Positions 13,531 through 27,734 of a DNA stretch of 64,000 bases are shown here, in pieces. Under the pieces are notes generated by a model. The model was not told the DNA's origin. It did no database searches and saw nothing but the letters and a program-made list of their open reading frames with translations. The position numbers and the translations under genes were made by a program. Every line of letters begins with the position of its first letter. Positions within the stretch are counted from its first letter, which is position 1. This DNA comes from Paraspadella gotoi (Eukaryota; Animalia; Chaetognatha): the NCBI GenBank assembly GCA_051294375.1, contig CM119266.1, forward strand, positions 23,646,175 to 23,710,174, in the 5' to 3' direction.

Positions 13531-13739
13531 AAACGATTAGAATACTGTCGCACCCAAGAGGTTATAGATGATTGGGCATTGGATGGAGATATTGAACTCA
13601 ATCACAAACAAATTCTTCAATGCAAAAAGAACAAGATGTCTTTCCTAAGTTCAAGAATAAGAAAGAAGATTACAGCTAATGCCAACGAAAAGGAAAATCA
13701 GGTCGACCACCTAAACCATTGAGATATCAAAATTTACCA

Positions 13740-16450
13740 CTTGCAATTTTACATATAATACAAAATGGCAGAACAACACGTCTTATCGAGCTCCTAAATT
13801 TAATGAAAATCTTAAAAGAAGTAATATTGTTTATTTCTGTAATGAATGATATAAGATGTTTGTACCTTTTTGCATTAAAAACTCTAACATTTTCATTATT
13901 CATCTCCTTACGTTCTGCACAGGCGGTGTATTAATCGCCTCTCCAGACCATCTCCTGCTGGGCAGAAATAAAATTTCCAAACCAACAAATGAAAGCTTAA
14001 TAATTGAAATTTATAAAGAAAAGTTTATACTTGGCACTCTATATAATCATTGCCTAAGAAAACTTAATGAAAGCCTTCTTTATACTTTTAAAACTTATTC
14101 TGATAAACGATAATGTTGTCCTGAGCACATTCATAGGTGATATCTTCAATTCATCCAAATAGAGATATATGAGGCAAGATTTGATTCTTCCCCAGGGAGA
14201 ACAACTCCTAAAACCTTTTATCCAATTTTTGTCTAACCTGCTTAAATAACAACTTTCACCTCATCAGTAAGTCTCCGGGTAACAAACGTATAGATATAGC
14301 TCTCACTTAAATAAGTTTTTAGACAAAATCCTTTGTTGCACTGTTCTGAAGATGTCGGAGACCATCTACCTATATTGGATCACCAACAAAGTTCCGCTAC
14401 CAATAAGTAAAATATATATTAAATAAACACTGGTCAGATTTCCGAACAGCTGATAACAACTTAATAAACTTTCAACAGAAATCTCATCTCAAAGAAGATC
14501 AATTGAAATAACCATCACGGAGTTCAACACCCATATCATAAATAATCATGACCAAACAAATACAAAAAAAAACAGTAAAGTCTTATAATAATATCGTACA
14601 ACACCAGATTAAGAAAATTTATCAAAAGAAAAAAGGTTTACTTGGAAGAAAAAATTTTGAGATTCCACTAAACCTCGGTTTTTCCTGCCAAATCACGTGC
14701 TGGAAGGAGAATTCAATTTCTATGTCGTAAAATTCATATATAATAAAGACTTTTAAGTGATTCACTACCGTAAAAAAGCAAAAATGAACATCCTTAGCGA
14801 AAGAGATGCAGCAAAAGTGGAACTTTATTAATGAAATACCAACCTCAGAGATCTCCCACCTGAAAGCTATGCTTAAAAAGGCCGACGGTACTAAGCAGTA
14901 AGACCAACAAAGGGCAATTTGGAAATTCCATGCTGCGATCTGAAATCCATAATGGGCAAAACAGTCCCCCTCCAGGAAATGACGAGTGGGTTAAAATGTG
15001 GAAGATAAAATCAGTGAATATTCAAACATTCTTCAACACGGGTGAGAAATGTTTTTGAACAGAATTTAATGACTTTATTAAAAGACACATTAAAGCCACT
15101 AATATTCAGAGACTATTAAAATCTTGAAAAACAAGATCTGCACCCGGAATGAATGGAATACTCACACTTGTTTAAAAATTTTTCCTTCAATACAATTAAA
15201 ATCCTTTCAGGTATATACATAATTTTGCTCTTGCTTCAAGTTTGGCTACTTCCGATAACTTTGAAATTGCCAATATCCGTGTAATTCCTAAGCAAGGGTA
15301 AAGATTCACCAATCCCTCGAAATAACAGAGAGAGTAGAATATACGACTTCTTGAAAAAGACTTATTTTACCAGGTTTTAATTATGATGCTAACAATAGAA
15401 CAAAAGACGCGTATAACCAATCCAGGTTTTAAAAAGAAAGCATCCGGCCTGAAAACATACTTCGTCCGTTGAAGATGCGGCATTTTGGTTTCACATATAG
15501 AGAGATCTTGTCACGCTAGACTATGCAAAGCTTTTGACAACATAGGGCTACAAGGTTCTCATATACAAATTAATCAATATTAAACTACCATATGGATGTT
15601 AAAAAAAATCAATTTGCTCATTTTGACAATAGAAAATTTCGTGTTGTTTCACGAGGAGAAAGTTCTGATTGAATTTGACATTCTGTGTGGCTCACCACAA
15701 GGAGCAGTCCTAAGTCCAGAACTATTTGCGTTCTATATAGAGGATTCCTATCATAAAACCACTTGCTATAACAAAATGATTATTCATAAGACCTAAGACC
15801 ACAAGGATAGATAATGCCTCACAATATGCCGATGACTCTTCTGCCTGGTCAGTCTCACGAAACTTAGATGCAGCGTGTAGATCGTCTACAAGCAACCCTT
15901 CATCGTCTGGAAAGAATGGTGCAACACGTGGTTTTTAGGACTATGGCCCAGCAAAAACTAAATGTTTATCCTTTATTACAAAGATGTCTTCTAAAATTTT
16001 TAAAAAACTATGATGTAAATTTTTTTATTCAATGAGAGAATCCCTGTTTGTACACAGTATACTTTCTAGGATGTTACAATTGACCAGTAAACTTACATGG
16101 ACAACCCATATTAATGACTTATTTTTTTAAGCAAAGTTCGAAATATTAGCAATTAGATAGATATACAGGAGATAATTTTAAAAATTAGTTTCATCAACTA
16201 TTTTTCATCACTAAGTAGTATATTGTTTAATATATAACACCATGTTTTTTATCTGCTGGTTCTTATCCTGGGAAAAATTTGATAAATTACAATTACGAGC
16301 AATTAAAGTCTTTCATAAGATATTCCTATTCATATAGATCAAAAATTGCCTTGATGCAGAAAGAGACATGAATCCCACTTAACTGAATCGTAAAAATATA
16401 TCTTGTACAAAGAATAAACGAATTTATAAAACTAAACTCATTATTTTGAA
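13740..16450 (+). pseudogene. LINE ORF2 (APE endonuclease + reverse transcriptase), disrupted
   Basis: APE: YNTNG...IELLNL (~13755), GGVLI (13922), GDHLPI (14357). RT: VIPKQG/KD (~15280), LDYAK/AFD (15516), GSPQGAVLSPELFAFYIED (15689), QYADD (15822-15836), FLG..ID.KLTWTTHI (~16063-16112). No RNase H recognised. Confidence 0.9.
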
Positions 16451-16730
16451 TAGTTTATATCAGTAACATTGGCGATTAATCGTTTAACACTAATGTATCA
16501 TAGAACGCTTGTTGGGGTGGGATCGGGTTCCAACAAAAATGTCCTTGCTTAAATTGTGAGTTAGAAAGGGCCCCAATGCCTATTTGTCCACTAGAATATT
16601 GAATTGATCAGTTGTTTCAGTAGCCATGAAAATATATATATACTTACAAATCATAAGATAAGGTAGCTTTTTAGGGCTGTTTAAAGTACAGCTAGCTCGC
16701 ATAATTGATATATCAAATTCAAATTCAAAA

Positions 16731-16733
<3 letters not shown>

Positions 16734-16771
<38 letters not shown>

Positions 16772-16820
16772 TCTCTCTCTCCTCTCCTCTCTCTCTCTCT
16801 CCTTACTTTTTACTCTTCTT

Positions 16821-16870
<50 letters not shown>

Positions 16871-16949
16871 TCTCTCTCTCTCTCTCTCTCTCCCCCTCCC
16901 CTCTCCTCTCTCTCTCTCTTCTCTCTTCTCTCTCTCCTCTCTCTCTCTC
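16734..16949. repeat. Imperfect (CT)n tract directly 3' of the LINE tail
   Basis: Direct reading. Confidence 0.95.
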
Positions 16950-17481
16950 ACCAAATCGAGTTTTTCGGTGGTTTGGTTTCGGAAACTAAGATCGCCCCCG
17001 CGCCGAAAAGTTTGAAGGAAAAGCGAGGACGGCGGGGGGAGGGGAAAAGAAAGGGGGGCATCGATCGTGAGGAGGAGAGGGGGGAAGTGTCGCGACCCCC
17101 ATTTCGCCCAATCGACGTCTGTCCTCCATTAAACCTCCTGAAAACAAGAAATGTAGCCAAAATAACCAGATTAAGCGCGTTTAAAACAGGAAATCGAAAG
17201 AAAAGAGAGGAAAGAAAGAAGTGAGAGGAGGAAGGGGAGTTTCGGAGGAAAGGAGTTGGAATTCCTCGTCGACTCGATCGATCACAAAGAAATTCATGGG
17301 GCGAAATGGAAAATTTCTGGGTTTTTCTCGGAAAGTTTTTTTTAAGCATTAAAGAATTCATTATGCTTTGTATAAAGTGTAACAAATATTTTTAAAGTTT
17401 TAATTTAGATTATTTAAATTATTAAAAGAGATAAAAAATCATCCTGTGTTTTCTTGTTTAATCTTTTATTAAAAAGTGAGA

Positions 17482-17551
<70 letters not shown>

Positions 17552-18430
17552 AAGAAAGAAAAAAGAAATAGTCAACAGTGACACCGCGAGCGCGCTCTGT
17601 CGATTTTTTTTCGTTGAATTCGTGGGCTTCTCCTAATGACGACTCATAATCCACTCAAAGGGGGGCGGGGAGTCGATAAACCATTTGGGGGGGGGGCTTT
17701 TTTCTCCGCGCGATCGAGAGACGAGTCGTTGGTGGTCGTGGTTGTGGTGCGTGTGGTCTGATTGTGGATTTGTCTTATTGCTAAACGTGAGGAGGGAAAT
17801 AACTTAAAAACGTTTGTGGTCATATGCTAAGATTCAAACTGCAGGCTCGTGGTGTTTGCAGTAAGTGGTTAAACATTTTATGTTTTTCATTTATTCATCC
17901 AAATTTGTAAATAAAAAAGTGTTATTTGATAATTTTAAAACCTGAACTATTATATTTCGGAGCCAATGGAAGTAAGCTTGGAATTTCTTTTTCATCAAAT
18001 ATTTTAAAAAAATAAAAAATCTATTAAAAATTAAAACCGCGAGATTCAAATTCAGCCTGCTGAGAGAAGAAATTAAAATTCGCATGGAGACCCGGGAGAG
18101 AGAGAGAGAGAGAGGGAGAGAGAGAGAGAGAAAGGAGAAGAGAAAAATGATAAAAAAGCGAAAGAGAAAAGAAAAGAAAAAAAGGTTCGATTCATTTGAT
18201 TTCATTCCTCAGACGCCGAAGCAAATGAAGCTCGTGTTAGAACCGGATTCGACGCCAACTCACTCATTTTTACAATGCACAATTCCCAGAGACAGGGTAG
18301 CACATACTATTGAAATTTTTAGCTTGAACGTTGGAGAAGACTGGTGTTTGAAAAACTTCCAACAGTTTAATTTTTCTTTGAAACAAATATATTTTGATAA
18401 ATTCTAATTGCCATATGCTCTATTCAGGTA

Positions 18431-18466
18431 TGCTCATTGCTCAATGCTCAATGCTCAATGCTCATT
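18431..18466. repeat. 7-bp tandem repeat (TGCTCAA/TGCTCAT) x5
   Basis: tgctcattgctcaatgctcaatgctcaatgctcatt. Confidence 0.85.
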
Positions 18467-21400
18467 CTTATGCAGTATTCAAGTTAAGTTTTTAAGTTTC
18501 GGCGGCAAACTATCTTCCGTCGCGCCTCTTTCTCTTTCCCCACTATCGTCGGTGTCATCCCTACTACTATGGAAGAAGCTCTCGCGCGCGCCTGCGCACG
18601 GCGGAACTTTTTGTAATTAGAATGTGGCTCGAACTCGATTTCTCTTCATTTATCAGAGAAAATGGAACTGTCAGAGCGGAGGGGAAAGGGAAGGGGGGAA
18701 ATCTCACGAGAGAAAGGATTAGGGATGAAGGCGTGAAAAGGAAAGGTGGGCGATGGGAGAGGGGAAAAGTTGAGAGAATAATGAGTGAGAGGGAGTGAAC
18801 TTTGGTATTACTAATAGCCGGGAGTTTGTGAGAGCGTTAAGAAAAGATGGAGAATGGAAGATGAATTAAACTTCAATTAAGCATATGGAAATTTGAATTT
18901 TTTCGCATAATTTTTTAATCAAAGAATAAGTCAACCGCCGAAATTGTTTGTAATTTAGTGAAACGATAAAATTTACTAGTTGAAGATGTTCATTTGATTT
19001 TAGAAGAAACATGTTCACATACGTAAAGAGGTGCTGCAGATTAATAAAAATGTTAAAGATAATCCGCAGATTGAATTCGAAGGCAAAAGTTGAAAGGAAA
19101 GAGGGCGAAATTACGTCTAATTATTTTTAGATAGTATTTAGGTCCGAACTTTGAAACTACAAAAGACAACGGACGAATGAAAAAAAAAATCAAAGCCTCA
19201 ATTTATCTCAAAAGAATCATTGCTAAGTTTGAATTAAAACCACAACAAACTATAAACATATATAATTAAAACAAAGAAACCCAGTATCAAATTCAAAGGA
19301 AATAAAATGATTTACGAGAGAAAATATGAAATAAATTCTCACTCTGAAGGATAAACGGAAGGGAGGGCGGGTGACAGCGGCGGCTGTGACGGCGGCGGCG
19401 GCGGCGGCGGCGGCGGCGACGGCTAATAAAGAACTGCCAGGAAGAAAAATCGCGAAAACAAGTTTGGGACGTGAGCAGGAAATTGGATGAAATCACAACG
19501 ACGCCGGGCGAGAGGGAGAGAAAGAGCGAGAGGGTAAGTTAAAGGAGAGAGGGTAAAGCAGAGACGAGGCTCGAGAGCGTGAGTGAAATTATGGAAAGCG
19601 GGGGAACGGTTGTGAGATAAGGGGAGGGGAGTTTAAAAAGGAAGGTTGAAAAAGAGGTGAGGACTGAGGGGTGTTGGTTTGGGCCGAGGTAGAGGGAATA
19701 GAAGAAAAAGAAAAGGAGATGGAGGGATGAAAAAAAAAGAAAGAACGAACGAGTGGAACCGAAAAAAAATTTCATTCCATTTTCAAAATGAAAAGGAGGA
19801 GAAAAAAATTCCATTGAAAAATTTCACGCCTCATGGGAAATGGAAGGAAATTTTTTTTTCTACAAGAATTTTTTTTCTTCTTTTTTTTTTGTGAAAGAGA
19901 GAGAGAGAGAGGCAGACAGAGAGAGAGAAAGAGAGTGAGAGAGAGAGAAAGAGAGATTGAAACTTTCTCTCTTTCTCTCACTCTCTCTCTCTTTTGAGAC
20001 TCCCGTTTTTATTCGCCTTATCTGGCTTATGTTGTCTGTTTTGCATCATAATTTCCAGCCTCGGGATTTGTTGCGTCTGATTTTTGGCGGAGGGAAAGCC
20101 GTGGATCCGTGGGGGTAAGGTGATTCTGCTAGGGGTAGTGGTCTGCAGTGGAGGCCGTGGTGGGGGGCGTGGTGGGGGCCGTGGTGGAGGACTTAGTGGA
20201 GGCCGTGGTCGCTGCTATGGGGTCAAGGCAGACTTTGTTTTGCTTCGCCTTTCAAATTGTCCTCAAGGATCGATGAACCGTAGGATTTTTAATTTTCCTT
20301 TAGGCGATAAAATTAGTAAGTAAACATTTATTTATCGAATCTTAATTGAGGTCCATCAAGCCAAGGACCCAAGGTGATCCTGTTCATTTCGTTCCGTGTA
20401 GGACTCACGGGGCCTCCAGAAAATTATCACTTGGACGATTATATTTATAAAATTATTTTACATTCTTTAATATAATTTTTCCCTAACGATTTTTTCGCAA
20501 CTCTACCGAAATAACTGACTTTTGGATTTTCAAGAGTCAAGACACGGTCATGTCCACATGATATACTACTTTTCGGAAAGGTAAAACATTATTTTAATAG
20601 AATAAAATGGAGGAACAATAAAGTGACCTCGTTTTAAAGGGACGCCAAAAAAATTTATAGAATCTCGATTCGTAAATTATTATTTGGCGCTTTCCCTTAA
20701 AGCCGAACGTCGGTTTCACCGTCTTTTGTTCTGATGCCAACGCGAACGTTAATTAAAGAGTAAAAAAAGGGAGAAGAAAAATAGAAAAAAAAGGGACAGA
20801 GGCGATGATTTAAGGGGACCCGTCACTTTATCCACCGTTGAATACATCAAATCCCTCAGAACCGCCGATGCCGAAAAGTTGTTCGATCAAAAAAACTGGG
20901 CTATCACGATTTTTCAAAACTCGTTTTTTTTCTCTCTCTCTCTCTCCTTTTTTAGTTAAATTTGCTTCAAAAAAAAGAAGAAAAAAAAAACCAGCCATGT
21001 CAGCGAAAAGAGACGAATTTTCAGAATCTAATTACGGATGGGCAGAAGCTCCAGCAAGGGGTAGCTGAGCGATTAAAAAAAAAAGTCAACTAATAGATGA
21101 CGCAACTTTTACGATATTTAAGTTTTGTGTTCAATTAGATTAACCGACGTTATTAATTAGCGATCGGCATGGATATACGGGACCAAAACAGTTTGATCGG
21201 ACTCGTCTCATTAATACGAAAAAAGATTTATCGAAAAAAAAAAAGACTTGAAAGATCAAAAAACTTGACGGAGAAATTAATTTACTCTTAAAGATATTTT
21301 TTGTTCTCTAAGCGCGATGGCTGGAGGCGTAAAAGATTCTTGCAGACGCAATTAAAGCCACTTCCTGCCAAAAAGATCGATCGAAGACGTCTCTCAACTC

Positions 21401-23269
21401 GAAAGGAAAGAAAGAAAGAGAAATAAAAAATAAAGAAACAAAAGAATTATATCGAGAGACCGAAAGCGAGAAAGAGAAAGCTAAAACAAAATTCAGAGAC
21501 AGATAACCGAATAGAAAGTAAACAAACAAACCCGTCCCGCCCCAAACCCCGCTTCATATCTCCGGCGTTATTCCAAACCGGCGTCACAAATGATGTGGCG
21601 GCACAAGCGGCGTCGCTTTGGCCCCAGACTCGAGGGCGCCGCTTTTTTTTATGAGGGGCCAACCATTAAACCGCGGCCGTCTCCGCCTCGCCCGCTGCGG
21701 CTGCCGCGGCTGGCGAAGCGGACAGAGGCGGCCCTGACCACCCGATGACCCCGCGAGGATGGGGAGTGTGGATTGGGTGTGGAGAATGTGGGTTACGGAC
21801 GGTGGGACGACGAGGGATCGAAGGGGTGAGAGATTTGGGGTGGTGGGGGATCGTGGACGCGGTGGACGTCGCAGTCAAGAAATTGAGAGAGATCGAAAAA
21901 GGGGAGAGAAAAGGTCAGAGGTCAGGGTGGAGAGAGAAAAGCGAGAAAGGTCGAACAACAAAATACGAGGCGCCAGTGCTGTAAATGGATATAAAAGTCG
22001 TTTTGGAATAACAAACAAAAAAGAAAAAAAAATAGTAATTCTCTCTCTCTCTCTCTCTCTCTCGCTCTCTCTCTCTCTTTCCAACTTGACATTTTGACTC
22101 TCAATCTCGTTTTGAGGTCCATAATCTTTGTTGGCGTGGGCCCCTGGATATTGTATCCACTCCGATCATCTTTCGAATTTTCCCACATCTTGTCCTCCGT
22201 TTTTCTTGTTATTACTCCTCCTCTTCCTCCTCCTCCTCGTCCTCCTCCTCCCACCGCCGTCCCTCAAGTCATAAAACCGTCTCTCCTTTTCTCATCAACG
22301 CAACAAAAGAAGTAATAATGAATTCTTTGGCTTTTATTACTATCAAAATGGTTAAATATGATCGTCTCCTACACACGAACGCGCACAAACACTCGGTCCG
22401 ACTCGAATGAGAGCGAGAGAGAGATAGAGAGAGAGCGAGCGACCAAAACGAGAGTCTGTAAGCTTTTCACTCCTCGATTTTGGTGGGAGTGACAAATACA
22501 ATGTCGATTACAATTTCTAACTCACTCACGATTTATTCGTTAAATAAAGTTATTTCGGCCCGTCGAAGCTCCTCGCCTAGATTACTAGAAGAGGGCTTAT
22601 GCGAACCTTTCAGACATTAACTGACCCTTTTCCCTTAAAATTCCTCCTTTCGCTGATTTAACTCTTCGTTCTCCTTTTTCCGTCTCTCGTCGGAGGTCAG
22701 ATCCGTGAATTGACCTCATTCTTTTTCTCCCAGGGCTCCGTTTAGCTACTGTTCCTCTCTATCTCATGTTTTCTTTTCCATTTTTCCTTTTTACTTTTCT
22801 CCCTTCTTTAGTTACTGCTTCTTTACATCACGTTAAATGATTTCAACCATTCACTTTTTTCTCCCTGTTATAGTTTTTTCGTCTTCAAGTTCTCTTATTC
22901 TCATATATTCTTTCCATTTCCCTACCCGTTCTATTTTTAACTCGACTCGCTCTCCCTTACCCGATTCCCTTCTCACCATCTGCCAGGCTCGCCTTCACAC
23001 CGCTCAGTCTTCCCCGCCTCCCGAACGCTGAGCCAGCATTAAATGTCGCCGAGGTCCTCTAATCTATTCATGACTGTCCGGCGCCGCCTCCGCCGCCGCC
23101 CGCCGCCAGCCGCAGCGTCCTGGCGTTATTGAAATGTTTATGGCGGAGTCGTTACGTTTATGCGGCTTTTAATTAGCGTTAATCGGCGGGCGGCTTCGGT
23201 TACTACTACTGTACGAGCGTTTGACGCGAACGAGATACGAAATCGATTGACTACAGTCCGACGGTGATG

Positions 23270-23377
<108 letters not shown>

Positions 23378-24277
23378 CCCGATATTAAACGTTTTTAGGA
23401 ATAAAATATCAATAATGATGATAGTTATAATTCAAAATTCGTCCCGAAGTCGATACTTAGATTTTGTTTAACAACTGTCATAACAAATTCCAATCCCTTT
23501 ATCTCACTCTGTTTACTGTTTTTCTCGAACGCCAAGGATAAAGTCTTTCTCCCGGTTTTTTTTGTTTCCTTTTTTGTCTTCTCTNNNNNNNNNNTTTCTT
23601 TCCAGTGTTTTGTCTCTCAGAGGATTTTCTTTCCCTCCCGTTCTCTTCTCGAGGCCGCGACAACAACAAACGAAGACAACGACGACGACGACGACGACGA
23701 CCATGGAAGCGACGAGGACGACGAAGTCGACGAAGACGACGAGGACAACAAACAACCCATGTCCTTGTGTTCGTTCCTCAATGTTTGTTGTCATCTTGGT
23801 CGTAACCGTCAAGTCAAAAGAGCTCGGTTATGGGAAACACGATGTTAAGTTTAGCTTTGACGACGAAATAAAGGATTGTGGAGCCCGACTCGAAGTCTTT
23901 CTGGCTTTTTACACATCAATTTTGAAAATAAACATTGTTCAATCTAAATATATAAAGCTAAATGATTTCGAGCTCTCGTTATACATTCGCATTATTCCTT
24001 CCTTAATCCTCTGAGCCTCGTTTATTGCCTTCGAGATCACATTTCTAATTCCCTTCTTCTCTCTCATTCATCATTCCTGTCCTTCGCCTTATATATTCCT
24101 GCTAATCCCACTTTCCCATGAGGTTCTTTTTCCCCTTTTTACCCTCCCTCTTATGGCTTTATATTTTCCTTGTTTTTTTTTTGTTTCTTTTTTCTTCCCT
24201 CTGCCCCTCTTTTTGCTCACCTCTCTTACTAGTCTAATTTTATATTCTCGCTTTCCTCCCCTTCTTTTCTCAACCTT

Positions 24278-24342
24278 CCCTTCTTCCTCCCTTCCCTCCC
24301 CTTCTTCCTCCCTTCCCTCCCCTTCTTCCTCCCTTCCCTCCT
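24278..24342. repeat. 21-bp pure-pyrimidine tandem repeat x3
   Basis: Unit ccttcttcctcccttccctcc repeated three times. Confidence 0.85.
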
Positions 24343-24871
24343 TCCTCGTTTTTTTTGCTCACTTCAGTCTCGACGCATAAATCATAGGCGGGCACGAGAT
24401 TCTCAAGGCGAGACCGACAAAGCTCAGCGTTGCCCGACTAAGAACGAGGAGGCTTTGCCCGACGAATCTTCAGAGCGTAGCTGTTTCGCCGGGACGGGTT
24501 TGCTTACCAAACGTTCCGTGAGCTCATTTTCGAAGGCAACGTTAAGTAACCGACGAGTTCACCGACTAAACATCTCTGAGTTTCGAGTCACGAAATAAAA
24601 TCTTCACCGACGGAAGTGCCGCCCGAAATTCGAAGCTTTGAACACCGAACACGTACAGTTCGTTAAGCTCACAAAACTGTCGTCCCCATCGAGTCTAAAT
24701 TATTTATTTTCCTTAAAATCAAACAAAAAATTAGAAACTGACGACGGATTGATGGAAAGATGTTTAATCAGAAAAGATTTCAAAATTACTTTCGAGTTTT
24801 ATTTCAGACTTGAGTCTTGACTTGTCACTCGTCGGCATTGCGCTCTCTCTCTCTCATTCTCTCTCTCGCTC

Positions 24872-24903
<32 letters not shown>

Positions 24904-25169
24904 TTACTTTTGATTCTTTCAAAAATCCATAAATGCGACGTTTTTTTACGTCGTGTTAATTTAACGACGTCATAAATGTCGCCTTTAACGCCGTCCGACG
25001 TCGCTTCAATCGACTTCTTCACGAAGTCGAGTGGTTGCGCTTTTGTTTAGGTTTTCTCTCTTTTACATTTCAAGGTCTTTGTCCTTTATAAAACATAAAA
25101 CTCATACGATGTTTCAAATAAAATGTAATTTTACAAACAAAACCATTTATTCCCGCTATTAGATGTACT

Positions 25170-25262
25170 ATATAATATTGGCGCTACCAAAAATTATCCA
25201 TTCAGTTGATAAATAAGCAATCTTGGCCAGACTGAAATCATGTAACATTATGGTCTAAATCC
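25170..25262. repeat. Diverged copy of dispersed repeat family A
   Basis: aaaattatccattcagttgataaataagcaatcttg matches the family core aattatccattcatttaataaataagctatcttg. Confidence 0.6.
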
Positions 25263-26799
25263 ACGAAGAAATGTATTGTTTTCACATCACCCTTATGTTT
25301 TTAACTTTTTAAAATGATTTCCTGGATTATGTAAAAATTGACCCAAATCGCCTTGATCAAGCTTGAATGTCTTAAGCAACATAATTGTCAACGTTTCAGA
25401 CCAAAAATGCCATCTCAAAAAAGTGCAGAAGACCAACTTGACGACTTCAATCACGCCATGAAATAGCAAACGCCCCTCCCAAAATCAGCCGCACCAAAAC
25501 GTCGCTCTTGCGATGAAATCCAGCTTCTCTACCTTTTCTACCTGAATTCCTTTGGTCTTCAATGCACAGAATTAGCCTAGTCAGTTAGAATTCAAGGACA
25601 GCCACTTCTCCGAACTTAGTTCAATATAATCGCTATGATGACATCTTTTACTTTACCTTCGCCAAAATTTTGGGACCAGTTCGTAAGAATTTTAACGCGT
25701 CGAGCAAAAAGGGCGGAGGTGCGGGTTAAAGAAGAAAACGACGACGACTTCGACGAGAATGACGACGACGACGACGCCGGCGTCAATTTCGACGCCGCGC
25801 AAAACAAATAATCGAGTGAAAAGGAAACAAACCGCCGGAGCGCGTGTCGGGGCGGGTGCCAGGCCCGGGCGCGTGCGGATACGAGCGGAAGGGCGCTTGC
25901 GATGGGGCGAGGCGCTGGGTTAGTGAAAAATACGCGGTACCAGGCAGCCCCAGGATTTGCGTGGGCCGAGGGATGGAATGGGATCGAGGAGACTTGCCGG
26001 AGGCCTTGGAATGGGGGCGGCGGCGCACGCGCCCAGGTGGAACCCCGGATATGAGCAATTCACCTTTTTATCGATGGAACCGTTTTTTCATGAATGGAAA
26101 TGGGCGGCGACGGATAAATATGGTGGGGTCAGGGGGAAAAAGGGGTGGGGAGTGGTGGGGTGAGTAAGGCGACTGAGGCGTGGCAACCGAAGCAAGAAAA
26201 GTCAGTGAGACGCTGCAGATCGGACGAGGCGCCCGAATGAAAAGGGATAAAGGACAATCAGTTCGGACTTTTAATTGGAGAATTTTGAAAGTTAATTTTG
26301 TAAATTGTTGGAATATTATCGAATTGGTTAAGGGAGTGAACAAAGTGTGAGACGCGGCCAGGAATCTGACGCGAGCAGGCAAGGAATTGTATAAAATTGG
26401 ATAAAATTGGATAAAAGACTAGTATATGTTAATCCAATTAAAAGCTAAATTAATATTCAGCGAAAGCGCCACCCTTTTCTATAAAGAGCCACCGACGTCG
26501 ACATCAAATGACGAATTAACTCGATTAAACGAACCAAAACATTTTTTTTTGCGCCGAAATAAAACTAATTCGACTCATTTCACTTTCTGTCCGGATTTCG
26601 TCGTCCGTTCGAGACGGACATAAATCAATACGTCCGTCGTTCGTCGTTCGTCGTCGTCATCGTCTTCGCCGTCGAACGTGCATGACAAGTTCGCAATTAA
26701 CCCTGGACGAGTTGATTAGGGCAGAGAGCGAGTCCTCAAGGGAGAGCATTTTCTAGAGCGTCGCTAATGGATCAGAGAGAGAGAGAGATAGAGAAGAGA

Positions 26800-26831
<32 letters not shown>

Positions 26832-26842
26832 CAGAGAGAGAC

Positions 26843-26881
<39 letters not shown>

Positions 26882-27223
26882 TTTAAATATCGATGTATAA
26901 TGGAAAAGTCGCTGAGGGGTAAGTCATCTTCGTTTTCGGTCGGGGCAATAGCTGAGAGTAAGGCATCGGAATAAGCAAACATTTTCATTTTGGATCCTTA
27001 CCTTATTTTCGCCGACTTCCTTTATTCGTCGTCGTCGGCTCCTTAGATACAAACGAGGTTTGAAAAAAAACAAACTTACCCACACTTTCCACACTTGTTT
27101 ATTTGACGGTCGTTGTTTCTTTTCTTCACTTCTTTTTTTTTGTTACACTTATGATTTTTTATTTTTCAAAATTTTTACATAGATTGAAATATGGTCAAAC
27201 GTGATAAATCATCAACGTCGTCG

Positions 27224-27288
<65 letters not shown>

Positions 27289-27312
27289 GTCATCATCATC
27301 ATCATCATCATC
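27224..27312. repeat. (CAT)n microsatellite
   Basis: Direct reading. A (GAT)n counterpart lies at ~47841-47935. Confidence 0.95.
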
Positions 27313-27576
27313 GCATTTAACTCTGGACACGCCCATCGATGACGAACAATGACGATTCGTTTTGTTTATTTTGATGACGTCGGCGAACGAGCGGCGAAAA
27401 ATAATTTAAATAAAAAAATATAATTTTTTTTTTTTGCTTTTAATTCTGTGGACGACGCCATCTTTTTTTTTTTCAGTGGCAGCTGAATTTCACTGTTTCT
27501 CTGCATAAGGAGGAAGAGGAGGAGGGACGAGGAGAGAAAAGAGGACCTCCGATATTTTGTCGTTTTCCTCTCAATC

Positions 27577-27607
<31 letters not shown>

Positions 27608-27676
27608 CTCCTCCTCCTCCTGACGCGCCGCTTTTTTTCCACAGTGCTTCTTATTTTATCCAGGACGGCGATGGAA

Positions 27677-27734
<58 letters not shown>

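Larger units (their letters stand above)
12030..16732 (+). mobile_element. Non-LTR retrotransposon (LINE), Jockey/I-group-like, near full length, frameshifted
   Basis: ORF1 with CCHC zinc knuckles, then APE endonuclease and RT motifs, a 3' UTR hairpin (gctgt/acagc ~16675-16693) and a (TCAAAT)n tail at 16713-16730 running into (CT)n. The 5' boundary is uncertain (~11980-12050). Confidence 0.9.
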
